Below, piece by piece: positions 31,310-39,179 of a DNA stretch of 64,000 nt. The notes under the pieces are model-generated. The model was given only the letters and a program-made list of their open reading frames with translations, was not told the DNA's origin and ran no database searches. This DNA is from a virus. How positions within the stretch are numbered: position 1 is the first letter of the stretch; each line of letters starts with the position of its first letter. The stretch lies in IMG/VR virus record IMGVR_UViG_3300014913_000006. One strand, 5' to 3'. Made by a program: the position numbers and the translations under genes.

Positions 31310-31725
31310 TCTTCTCGCTCGTGGTGATGCCTCAATATATGACAATTGGCACATCTTACATCACACTTAGCCATCTCTTCAAACAGAGTCTTCAAACTAA
31401 GGCCCTGTGTTGCCATCCTGGAAATATCACCATCCTTGGTTCCACGAACATGATCAAATTGTAGAACCACCGGATTCGCTTCTTCACAATCAACACAAGG
31501 ATGCGATTGCAGATACTTCAGTACCTCTTCGTGGTTGATCCTCCGCTGTCTATCCGAAAACACCCTGGCACGATTCTTGTAGGCCCCCTTGTTCTTTGCA
31601 TAGTGATCCCGGCTCATCGTGTTCGTACACTCTCTGCGTCTCTTGTGACGAATCCTCTTTGCCCTATTCGCAAAGTTGAACTCTCTGGCCGGTTTTGCCT
31701 TACCGCATTTTTGACAGATTTTCAT
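31300..31725 (-). CDS. HNH endonuclease
   Basis: CQKC...HPCVDC...LQFDHVRG...KCDVRCANCH. Confidence 0.85.
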   Translation of the reverse strand: MKICQKCGKAKPAREFNFANRAKRIRHKRRRECTNTMSRDHYAKNKGAYKNRARVFSDRQRRINHEEVLKYLQSHPCVDCEEANPVVLQFDHVRGTKDGDISRMATQGLSLKTLFEEMAKCDVRCANCHILRHHHEREEGR

Positions 31726-31726
31726 A

Positions 31727-32776
31727 TCAGCCCTCGATCACATTCTTGTGAGGACGAATCCGCTTCATGACATACGCATCCAGCCACCCATATTGTCCGT
31801 CCAGCATAGCAAACATTGCTGGTTGATGGAACATCTTCTGTGCTCGCTGCGCGAAAGCCGCCCGGTCTGGTTGATCCCCTATCCGACCAAACTGCTCTTG
31901 GACCTCAGACAAAACATCCTGATACTGTTGAGATAAAGCAGCAGCAATAGCATCTAGGACGCAATGGTAATCGACATCCACAATACTCCACACCTCTTCG
32001 GGCACCCTCCCGTCAACCATCGTATTCCAAATCGCCAACGGCGTCAGGTTCATCAACAGGTCGCTGCGTCGGAAGTAATCCTCCGACTTGATCTTGACCC
32101 GTAGGCCATTATCGAATCGGATGACAAAACCTTCAAGCTCAGCCCCAGAAACCGTCTTGATCTGCCCCCGACAGTACCTCAGCCATTCCTTGTCATACGA
32201 CTCGGCAAGTGTGAAACCGAACTCCCGACTCCACTCTTCGACCTGTCCCCAGTCATACTCTTCGCCTGTATGGCGGTTGTAAGCCGCCAGGAGCACTAGG
32301 TCTTCCAGGTCACCGTAGTCTACGACGATACGGGTCGCAGGACAGATAAGTTCAAACACCAAGGTCACCTCATCGGGTAGCCCAGTCAGATCGTACCTCT
32401 TCAGGAACTCTGTAGCCCAGACGGCACCCGTGCTCTTGAATGACCCTCTTGTGGCAATCCGATGCTGCCCCTCATGACGATAAAGGATACCAAGCCACCC
32501 GTCGTATTTCTTGAAGATACGGAATCCATCATGCCAGGGAAGCGCCCACTCCTGGGTGTCTCTTCGCTGGTTCATGTTGAAGAACTTAGGAAATGGCCGT
32601 GCCACTACCTTTCCTGTCTTGCGATCGAAGATGATCCCCCGGCTATTCAGCGTGAGATCATTCCAAGTCTTACACCAGTTGGTGTAGCTGTAGATGCGCA
32701 TATCGCCCAGATCGTCGCACCGAAGCAATCGCTCAGCTACAAGCTTGTTTCGATCTTCTATGAAATCATACTTCAT
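31727..32776 (-). CDS. RNA ligase 1 (T4 Rnl1-like)
   Basis: SRGIIF..VVARPFPKFFN, KYDG (motif I), ATRGSF, FEL, EGFVI, RVKIK. Confidence 0.9.
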   Translation of the reverse strand: MKYDFIEDRNKLVAERLLRCDDLGDMRIYSYTNWCKTWNDLTLNSRGIIFDRKTGKVVARPFPKFFNMNQRRDTQEWALPWHDGFRIFKKYDGWLGILYRHEGQHRIATRGSFKSTGAVWATEFLKRYDLTGLPDEVTLVFELICPATRIVVDYGDLEDLVLLAAYNRHTGEEYDWGQVEEWSREFGFTLAESYDKEWLRYCRGQIKTVSGAELEGFVIRFDNGLRVKIKSEDYFRRSDLLMNLTPLAIWNTMVDGRVPEEVWSIVDVDYHCVLDAIAAALSQQYQDVLSEVQEQFGRIGDQPDRAAFAQRAQKMFHQPAMFAMLDGQYGWLDAYVMKRIRPHKNVIEG

Positions 32777-33753
32777 ACCGTCACCTCAACTGGGTGTGCG
32801 GCACTGGCTGTATCATTATAAGCAACACACACATCAAGACAGTTTTTTGCACAGATTGGATCAGCACCGCTATCGTGCTCTAGAATCCAACGTAGCCGAT
32901 CCGCTCTCATGTTCGGCCCAACCTCTCCGATTGGGTCTCCACCTTCGCGTAGGTGGATAATGCACGGGAAGTGCCACTTGCCAGCGACAGCCATGTCGTC
33001 CAGGGCCAGCCAACACTTGCGACAGTTCCCGTCACAAATACCACGTACATTCTGACCAGCGTTGAGATTGCCAATCCGGTACTTCAGGATAGGATACTTG
33101 TCGAGAATCTCATTTGGCAAATCAGCAAGATTCGTCAGAGCCTTGTTGTACTGTGCTGCTGGGATGACGCGGATGTCAGAAACCCCTAGACTGTCTACGA
33201 ACAGAACCGCCTCAACACACTGATCAACGTTGGCCTCCGTGAATACCATTCCAACCGTCACATAAGTGATCTTGCTCAAAGTGCGAATCGATTCAACAGC
33301 TTTCGCCCATGCGCCCTTCACACCACCAGCCATGTCTGTGCCGACAGCGCAGCATCCACCGTCAAGGCTAATAGAAAAGTCGTTTACACCGGCCCCTACC
33401 AATGCCAAGTATGTCTCAAGTTTTGCTGTTCCGTTGGTAGAGATTGCAATGCGTTCAACCCCGCCTCCGCGGCATCGATCGACCAACTTGCCAAGCCCCT
33501 TGTATAGAGTAGGTTCTCCACCAGAGAACCGAACGTTCTTTAGCCCTTGGGCGATCCAGAGGTCAACTGTTTTGAGCGCCTGTTTGAACGGCATATCTCC
33601 ACGAATCTCCGGTCTTACACCACGGCAATACGGGCACCGTAGGTTACAGCGATCAGTAAGGATCAACTCACATCGCTGCAACGGAGAGGTGTCGCTAGCG
33701 TTCATCGCACGCTTGTCAGATAGCGTATAGAATCCAATGTCTTCAAGCTTCAT
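32773..33753 (-). CDS. Radical SAM protein with C-terminal Cys cluster (SPASM/twitch-like)
   Basis: CNLRCPYC, FSGGEPT, ISTNG, SISLDG; true start MKLED with SD AAGGAGG (the longer called ORF overlaps tRNA-Tyr). Confidence 0.88.
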   Translation of the reverse strand: MKLEDIGFYTLSDKRAMNASDTSPLQRCELILTDRCNLRCPYCRGVRPEIRGDMPFKQALKTVDLWIAQGLKNVRFSGGEPTLYKGLGKLVDRCRGGGVERIAISTNGTAKLETYLALVGAGVNDFSISLDGGCCAVGTDMAGGVKGAWAKAVESIRTLSKITYVTVGMVFTEANVDQCVEAVLFVDSLGVSDIRVIPAAQYNKALTNLADLPNEILDKYPILKYRIGNLNAGQNVRGICDGNCRKCWLALDDMAVAGKWHFPCIIHLREGGDPIGEVGPNMRADRLRWILEHDSGADPICAKNCLDVCVAYNDTASAAHPVEVTV

Positions 33754-33771
33754 GACAACCTCCTTCACTAC

Positions 33772-33855
33772 TGGGCTGGGCGGGACTCGAACCTGCACGC
33801 CCCCGAAGGGAACCGCGTTTACAGCGCGGCGGGCCACCAATTGCCCAACCTACCC
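33772..33855 (-). tRNA. tRNA-Tyr(GTA)
   Basis: Cloverleaf CCGCG-CTGTAAA-CGCGG, long variable arm, TTCGAGT; CCA not encoded. Confidence 0.85.
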
Positions 33856-33908
33856 TACTGCAACTTCCTTTTTCTTCCGATCCTAGTTTACCCTGCCTAT
33901 GTTTTCAA

Positions 33909-33992
33909 TGGCCTCGGCTGGATTCGAACCAGCACGCCCTTTCGGACACGGACATTTGAAATCCGCACGTCTACCATTTCCGTCACGAGGCC
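33909..33992 (-). tRNA. tRNA-Leu(CAA)
   Basis: GGCCTCG/CGAGGCC acceptor, CGGAT-TTCAAAT-GTCCG, long variable arm. Confidence 0.9.
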
Positions 33993-33994
33993 AA

Positions 33995-34067
33995 CGGGCT
34001 GGGAAGGATTCGAACCCTCAACTTTCGGCTTTGGAAACCGACGCTCTTCCAATTGAACTACCGACCC
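33995..34067 (-). tRNA. tRNA-Trp(CCA)
   Basis: TCGGT-TTCCAAA-GCCGA, GAGGG-TTCGAAT-CCTTC, discriminator G. Confidence 0.85.
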
Positions 34068-34071
34068 ACAA

Positions 34072-34153
34072 TGCCCCAGGCAGGAGTCGAACCTGCAACC
34101 CTTTCGAGACTGGTTTCTAGGACCAGCGCGTCTGCCAGTTCCGCCACTGGGGC
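34072..34153 (-). tRNA. tRNA-Leu(TAG) with atypical C33
   Basis: GCCCCAG/CTGGGGC, CTGGT-CCTAGAA-ACCAG, long variable arm. Confidence 0.8.
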
Positions 34154-34164
34154 TTTTGTCGAGA

Positions 34165-34719
34165 TTATGGTGTTCGTACAGTACCACCCCCGCCGTGTCG
34201 CAAAATAAATCCCGCAAGCTCGTCAGAGAGTCTTCGTAGCTCGTTTGCCGTAGTAGAAAACGAGGTTGTGTGTCGCTTAGATCGTAGGATGATCGTCACA
34301 TCCGAATCTGACGACAACACGGTAATCTCTCCATTGCCAATAGACATAGTATGTCCGAACCGAACAGTAGCCTGATCCATTCCAACAGCCAATGCCTCAT
34401 GTAGCTCGGCAAACATCGCCGGGGAATCCAACATACGACAAAGGACAGGACCAACAACAGGGGAAGCCACAACGCCAGTCGATCGATCCCGAGACACAAG
34501 CAACACGAACATGTCGTTGATAGAATGGATGCTGAAAGTTGCACTCTTGGAATCAATGTGGCCTATTTCTACCCCCTCTCCCGCAATTACGCTTTCTACA
34601 TCCTGCGCAAGCGGTAAGAACCGGTCTACTGATTGTATGGCTGTTGGGCTAGCCAATACCACAAACATCAAACTCAAACTGATCCAAGATGCCCCACTGC
34701 CAATCTTTTCTTTCGACAT
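34165..34719 (-). CDS. Hypothetical exported/membrane-anchored protein
   Basis: N-terminal hydrophobic segment; SD AAGGA; lies between tRNA genes. Confidence 0.55.
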   Translation of the reverse strand: MSKEKIGSGASWISLSLMFVVLASPTAIQSVDRFLPLAQDVESVIAGEGVEIGHIDSKSATFSIHSINDMFVLLVSRDRSTGVVASPVVGPVLCRMLDSPAMFAELHEALAVGMDQATVRFGHTMSIGNGEITVLSSDSDVTIILRSKRHTTSFSTTANELRRLSDELAGFILRHGGGGTVRTP

Positions 34720-34733
34720 TTCCTTACCCCTAA

Positions 34734-34816
34734 TACCCCTGGTAGGATTCGAACCTACAAGCCCTTTCGGACAGCGGAGCTTAAACCCGCCACGTCGCCA
34801 GTTGCGTCACAGGGGC
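34734..34816 (-). tRNA. tRNA-Leu(TAA)
   Basis: GCCCCTG/CAGGGGT, GCGGG-TTTAAGC-TCCGC, long variable arm. Confidence 0.88.
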
Positions 34817-34842
34817 TACAATCTCCCAAGCTGTTTTTCTAA

Positions 34843-34917
34843 CTTACTCGAAGGGACTCAAACCCCCGACTTCCTGGTCCCAGGCCAGGCGCTCCGGCCA
34901 GACTGAGCTATACACTG
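34843..34917 (-). pseudogene. Pseudo tRNA-Pro
   Basis: D arm and CCTGG-CCTGGGA-CCAGG are intact; T loop TTTGAGT; 3' acceptor strand does not pair with CAGTGTA. Confidence 0.7.
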
Positions 34918-34946
34918 TTGCTTCGTTGTTCTGCTTAGTATATATC

Positions 34947-35585
34947 CTACGTAGAATGGCCTATCACTTCAACTTCGATTCCACGCTTCCTTGCTTCACC
35001 GACTATATGCTTAGTACCCTTCGACTGGGATAGATCATCGTGGAAAGCAATAAGAAGGTGGGGCTTAGTATCTAGCATCTTGATGTTTCTTCTTATCCCT
35101 GCTGATTTCCCATACTTCCTCCATGCTGCCGGAAACTCAACCACCTCAAGGCCAAGGTCCAACGCCGTCTCCCGAGCTATCAAGTCAGCACCTTTACAGC
35201 CACCCTCGATGATTATGCTGTCAGATGGAAGATCGAACAATCGTTTGAAGATTGCTTGGCCATTACTCCAATCCCGACCACCACAAACTAGCACCTTCAT
35301 GGGTTTCTCCAAATACTCGACGATCACATCTCCATGACACGCCTTTGGCTTACAGAAACACCCCAGCCTCTTACCCCTCAACTCTTCCACTCGTGCGGCA
35401 AACTCCTGGTCAACCCGCAACCGCTTCAGGAAATACTCCCGGTACAACGCGATTGCCCGCTCACGACCACCATCCCGCGTTACGCTATATGGGTTACCCC
35501 AATAGCCATCGTGGCCATGTCCCTCCCGACCGACGTACACATCGTATTCGTGTGTCCGAATGTTTACTACTGTGGTCTCAGCCAT
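34947..35585 (-). CDS. Fusion of DUF4326-like and DUF2493/SLOG-like domains
   Basis: YDVYVGR...WGNPY...LRGKRLGCFCKPKACHGDV joined to KVLVCGGRDW...GGCKGAD...AGIRRN..ML...SKGTKH. Confidence 0.8.
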   Translation of the reverse strand: MAETTVVNIRTHEYDVYVGREGHGHDGYWGNPYSVTRDGGRERAIALYREYFLKRLRVDQEFAARVEELRGKRLGCFCKPKACHGDVIVEYLEKPMKVLVCGGRDWSNGQAIFKRLFDLPSDSIIIEGGCKGADLIARETALDLGLEVVEFPAAWRKYGKSAGIRRNIKMLDTKPHLLIAFHDDLSQSKGTKHIVGEARKRGIEVEVIGHST

Positions 35586-35731
35586 GTCTCAGCCTGTTCC
35601 TTAGCCTCATCCCACACTGGCTTAAACGCCTCAGCCGACCAATGGAACTCCCCGGTCTCTCGCCTCTCTTGGGTGACCATCACAGCCAGCATGTTCGAGA
35701 TGACCTTCTTTGCGTCTGGCTTAACCTCCAT
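35567..35731 (-). CDS. Small hypothetical protein (54 aa)
   Basis: GGAG SD before ATG; MEVKPDAKK...WLRPQ; overlaps the next start. Confidence 0.5.
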   Translation of the reverse strand: MEVKPDAKKVISNMLAVMVTQERRETGEFHWSAEAFKPVWDEAKEQAETWLRPQ

Positions 35732-35773
35732 CGGGGCTCCCGACCGAGCCTTATACGCTGATGCTGATGCTTG

Positions 35774-35956
35774 CTATCCAGCAAGCTGAATCGCAACATG
35801 AGCCTCGGCTATATCATAATGCTGTGCCAATTCTGCTGCCCAGGCGGGTATCTCCCACATCCCTGTTTCGGAAAGCTGGATCAAGTTTCCACAAACCTGA
35901 TCGGCCTCTTCTTCTGTCAACAGTTCCCGCTTGATGATCTTCTGCCCAGTCGTCAT
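35774..35956 (-). CDS. Small hypothetical protein
   Basis: First ORF after the attenuator; SD GGAG. Confidence 0.5.
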   Translation of the reverse strand: MTTGQKIIKRELLTEEEADQVCGNLIQLSETGMWEIPAWAAELAQHYDIAEAHVAIQLAG

Positions 35957-35971
35957 GGTCCGATACTCCAC

Positions 35972-36125
35972 AAAAAAAAGCCTGCGATTTCTCGCAGGCT
36001 AAGGTCTCCATCAAAAAAACAGACAGACCCTAGCCCGCATCACCACCCAATGCGCGTGGATTGCGTGCGGCGACTAAATTGGCGGGCTTATACTGTCTAT
36101 GTTTCATCTTCATCGTTCTTCCTCC
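35972..36125 (-). promoter_or_regulatory. Leader-peptide transcription attenuator
   Basis: AGGAGG + 27-codon ORF (36113-36030); alternative 1:2, 2:3 and 3:4 pairings; terminator AGCCTGCGA-GAAA-TCGCAGGCT + T-run. Confidence 0.75.
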
Positions 36126-36134
36126 TGCTATATC

Positions 36135-36163
36135 ATTATACCCCAAACTCCGGTGTTTGTTCC
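36135..36163 (-). promoter_or_regulatory. Class II promoter GGAAC-N17-GTATAAT
   Basis: One of four copies with identical spacing. Confidence 0.7.
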
Positions 36164-36173
36164 ACAAAAAGTG

Positions 36174-36208
36174 AAAAAATCTGGTGCCGCCCCTTATGGG
36201 ACGACACC
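36174..36208 (-). terminator. Intrinsic terminator
   Basis: GGTGTCGTCCC-ATAA-GGGGCGGCACC then AGATTTTTT. Confidence 0.65.
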
Positions 36209-36236
36209 GTTACTCCACCCACACATGGTGGGCAAG

Positions 36237-36353
36237 CTAGAGCAAAGCCAGCAACAACCACACAAGGCCGCCACCGACGCCAACGGCCACAATGTATCGC
36301 CACATAGCGACAACCCAAAAAATCGGCTTAAACCACCACGGAAAATCAAACAT
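36237..36353 (-). CDS. Small membrane protein (38 aa), below the ORF-track cutoff
   Basis: SD GGAG; MFDFPWWFKPIFWVVAMWRYIVAVGVGGGLVWLLLALL. Confidence 0.55.
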   Translation of the reverse strand: MFDFPWWFKPIFWVVAMWRYIVAVGVGGGLVWLLLALL

Positions 36354-36567
36354 CTGTCTCTCCACCTTTCATGTGCTTGAACTTCTCCATCTGTCCAAGC
36401 CTTTTCTCAGCCTGCTTGCGAGTCGGATAGCATCCGAACTTGCGACCTGTCTTCTCGCTGTACACACAGTAGGGCTTACTCTTCGGACCGTCCTTGCGAA
36501 TCACAGCCGTCGCAGCCTCCATCGCACGTTCCGCTGCCCTCTTGACTTCTTTATCCCAGTCTGTCAT
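36346..36567 (-). CDS. Small conserved-type phage protein
   Basis: YCVYSEKTGRKFGCYPTRKQAEKRLGQMEKFKH, a motif I recognise from phage hypothetical proteins. Confidence 0.65.
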   Translation of the reverse strand: MTDWDKEVKRAAERAMEAATAVIRKDGPKSKPYCVYSEKTGRKFGCYPTRKQAEKRLGQMEKFKHMKGGETDV

Positions 36568-36719
36568 CCTGATCCTCGCCCCCCCCCACTCTCAATACAG
36601 CACGATCCAGCATGAAAATCACCTCGATGCCTAAAGCGTGCATACGGCGCCTCCTGGGTTTGGGGGTCTCACGACCCCAGCGAGACACGAAAAGGCAGCA
36701 GCGGCCACTACAGGCGTTT

Positions 36720-37195
36720 CTAGGCTACCTCTGGTCGTTCGTCACCAAATCCGTCAGCCGTATAATACTCACGCTCTCTTGCTGTCTTCTTCGCGTGACA
36801 ATTGGCGCAACGGACTACACATTTGTCGATTTCTTTCAGCACAGACGCCCACGGGTGGGTGGTTAGCATTGTTGTTATGCCTCTCGTCTTTACCCCCCCC
36901 GCACATGGTCAAATTCAAGCGTAGCTGGATGTTTTTCTTTGCAGTCAACTCACGGATGCGACTTCAAGTATTCCAGCATGAGTGGCCTATTGATAGCGGC
37001 GGTACGTTCGTAATTCGATCGAGACCTGCTGATAGCACGCCTCCGAATATCGGGTTGGTTGGCATATCGTTTCTTCTCGTATGCTCTGTGACACAATTTG
37101 CACCACGAACAATAGCCATCCTTCCGACTTTTCCGTTTGCGAAATTCGGATACTGGCTTTTCTACTCTACATTGTGAGCACGTCTTTAATCTCAC
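36720..37195 (-). pseudogene. HNH endonuclease pseudogene, paralog of 31300-31725
   Basis: KSHP*VDC...LEFDHVRG, a frameshift in a G8 run, then KCVVRCANCH. Confidence 0.8.
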
Positions 37196-37404
37196 GGCAA
37201 ACTATCCATCGCTGCAACAAAGCCATCTTCGAACTTATCGGCGTTGTCGAAAAAAAGTTCCCAACAGACTCCAAGGCCGTCCACACAAGCTGAGATATCC
37301 CACCCTTGAACATCGCTTGCAGCCCCCTCAAGGAGATTGCAACCACTACACATGACTAAACATGTAAGAAAAACCACCAAAGAAATCTTACTTCGCAACA
37401 TCAT
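37192..37404 (-). CDS. Small lipoprotein, entericidin-like
   Basis: Signal peptide + lipobox-like CSGC, then NLLEGAASDVQ; SD GGAGG. Confidence 0.55.
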   Translation of the reverse strand: MMLRSKISLVVFLTCLVMCSGCNLLEGAASDVQGWDISACVDGLGVCWELFFDNADKFEDGFVAAMDSLP

Positions 37405-37792
37405 TCCACACACCTCCGAGTTCGTCCCACTTTGATATCGGAAATTACCTTCCGCTGTACTCCAAACATTACCGCGATCTCTTGTTGTGTTCTAGTCCCG
37501 AGTTTAAGCAATTGACGGATTACTGGTATGTCAAGGTTGGTCGACTTAGCGGCACCGCACTTTTCCCCATTATTGTCTGGCTGAAAGTGATTACCATGTC
37601 GCATTTTATCAGTCATATTGTTAGCATGGGTATCATATCTCAAGTTGATCAAACAATTATTGGCTTTGTCGCCGTCATTGTGACACACCTCAGTATTTTT
37701 GGGCTGATCTGGACGAGTCGTCTCACTCTACCATGTGTAGAAATCTGATACACGCTCTCAAAACCATGGATATCTTTCCACTGTTCAAGCAT
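37401..37792 (-). pseudogene. NUMOD4-HNH endonuclease pseudogene
   Basis: EQWKDIHGFESVYQISTHGRVR in one frame and CHNDGDKANNCLINLRY in another; middle section missing. Confidence 0.8.
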
Positions 37793-38042
37793 TGTCTCCC
37801 CATCCAGAACCACTACCCCTTTTTCCAACATTGGGGGGTTTCCGCATCGGCGGAAACCTACGATAGATTTCCCCAGCCGGTACTTTGCGGAGTTCTTGCA
37901 ACCAAGCATCTTCGGCTTCTGGTGTCCAGGCGTTTGGACTACCTATAGAGTCAAGCACCTCTTGGTTTGGCGGGTCTCTTTTGACCCGCTCCCGCTCCTG
38001 AACTCGCCGTTGTTTCTTTTTCTTCTTGCTGCTCTGGCCCAT
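37785..38042 (-). CDS. Small basic hypothetical protein
   Basis: SD GAGG; coupled to the next gene. Confidence 0.45.
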   Translation of the reverse strand: MGQSSKKKKKQRRVQERERVKRDPPNQEVLDSIGSPNAWTPEAEDAWLQELRKVPAGEIYRRFPPMRKPPNVGKRGSGSGWGDNA

Positions 38043-38288
38043 CGTTTATGTATCCTCGTTTCGGAGCATTTTCGCCAACATCTTTTGCCACATCGGCCCA
38101 ATATCATTATGCGCACAACCCTTGATCCATCGTCCCATGACGAAAGCGGCATAGCATTGTGTGGCTACGCCCATCTCTTTTTGCAATGAGCACAGAATTT
38201 TGGATCAGCAGCATACGCAGTTAAAAACCGCTTTCTCTGTGTCTCATGCCCACGGCGAGCAGCGGCTCGCATCGCATCTTTACCAGTA

Positions 38289-38360
38289 AGCCCACTGTCA
38301 GACATGCACTGACCTCTCCTGTTTACAAGACAGGCGCATCGCTATCTATGCTTAGCGGGC
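38289..38360 (-). tRNA. tRNA-Thr(TGT), atypical (A8, T loop TGCATGT)
   Basis: GCCCGCT/AGTGGGC, GCAT/ATGC D stem, CCTGT-CTTGTAA-ACAGG, GTCAG/CTGAC. Confidence 0.75.
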
Positions 38361-38366
38361 GCAAAT

Positions 38367-38606
38367 TCATTTCGTCACCTCTTGTACAACTTCCGCTAAG
38401 TCATCAAGACCCCTACGGGATACCACCACAACCTGTTTTTCTTTGTTGTCTGGGTGTGTGTAATCATTTGCGATCAATAGGTTCTTGGCCCAACCAATCA
38501 AATTCTCTCGTTCGTTCCAGATACACCGTGGACATCGCCAGCCATTCATATGCCGATAGAGGCCAACGACCGCTCCACAACGATCACACTTTATTTTTTT
38601 TGACAT
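38367..38606 (-). CDS. Small zinc-ribbon protein
   Basis: CDRC...CPRC. Confidence 0.55.
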   Translation of the reverse strand: MSKKIKCDRCGAVVGLYRHMNGWRCPRCIWNERENLIGWAKNLLIANDYTHPDNKEKQVVVVSRRGLDDLAEVVQEVTK

Positions 38607-38630
38607 CTTCTGGATTCATACCATCGTATC

Positions 38631-38930
38631 CTAAAAGCCCATCTGAACTTCATACTCTCTCCATACAGCCGCTCGAAATTCTTTCGAGAGTGGATGGACG
38701 GCGTAGGCCATCGCCTTCTTCCTACCCGTCGCACGGCAGAAGTTGTCGCCGGGATGACAAACTGCCAGTCCACGACCAACCATCTTTCCGTTCAGATTGA
38801 CCGTAGCCAACGAACACCTACGATTTTCATCAACGCAGATACCTGTCAGACCCTCGATCTCGTCTGGCGCACAGAACTTGTGGTCAAACCGTACTTCAAC
38901 TTCGTCGGAACCTAATGCTACTCTCAACAT
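38631..38930 (-). CDS. Hypothetical phage protein
   Basis: G.AVCHPGDNFCRATGRKKA motif; SD AAGGAG. Confidence 0.7.
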   Translation of the reverse strand: MLRVALGSDEVEVRFDHKFCAPDEIEGLTGICVDENRRCSLATVNLNGKMVGRGLAVCHPGDNFCRATGRKKAMAYAVHPLSKEFRAAVWREYEVQMGF

Positions 38931-38962
38931 CTATTTTCTCCTTTTGTGTCGAACCTACTCAA

Positions 38963-39100
38963 TGGCGAGCGCTGGATTCGAACCAGCAGTCCTCTTCCTT
39001 CACCCCTTGGTCCCAGAAAATGGGGACGGTGGATTACAGGACGCCCCACCAAGCTTGCTCCAACAATACACTCCCTAACAAGTAGTGCGTTAAACTCGCC
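38963..39100 (-). ncRNA. tRNA-like RNA (138 nt): acceptor stem + T arm around a large structured insert
   Basis: GGCGAGT...GCTGG-TTCGAAT-CCAGC-GCTCGCC-A; starts 2 nt after tRNA-Glu. Confidence 0.6.
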
Positions 39101-39102
39101 AC

Positions 39103-39175
39103 TACCCCCAGCGAGATTCGAACTCGCGTCATCGGACTGAGAATCCGATATCCTCTGCCACTAGAAGATGGGGGC
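39103..39175 (-). tRNA. tRNA-Glu(CTC)
   Basis: GCCCCCA/TGGGGGT, TCGGA-TTCTCAG-TCCGA, GCGAG-TTCGAAT-CTCGC. Confidence 0.9.
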
Positions 39176-39179
39176 CTCA

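Noticed and set aside
35567-35956. In-frame TAG between two small ORFs, with a tRNA loop containing CTA (amber read-through)
   Set aside because: The downstream ORF has its own GGAG-ATG, the tRNA's positions 34-36 read TAG (Leu), and TAG terminates core genes such as the MCP.
36950-36952. TGA at a conserved Cys of an HNH gene (HP*VDC versus HPCVDC), suggesting selenocysteine or recoding
   Set aside because: The same gene also has a frameshift about 50 nt downstream, no tRNA-Sec is seen, and TGA ends normal genes; a pseudogene is simpler.
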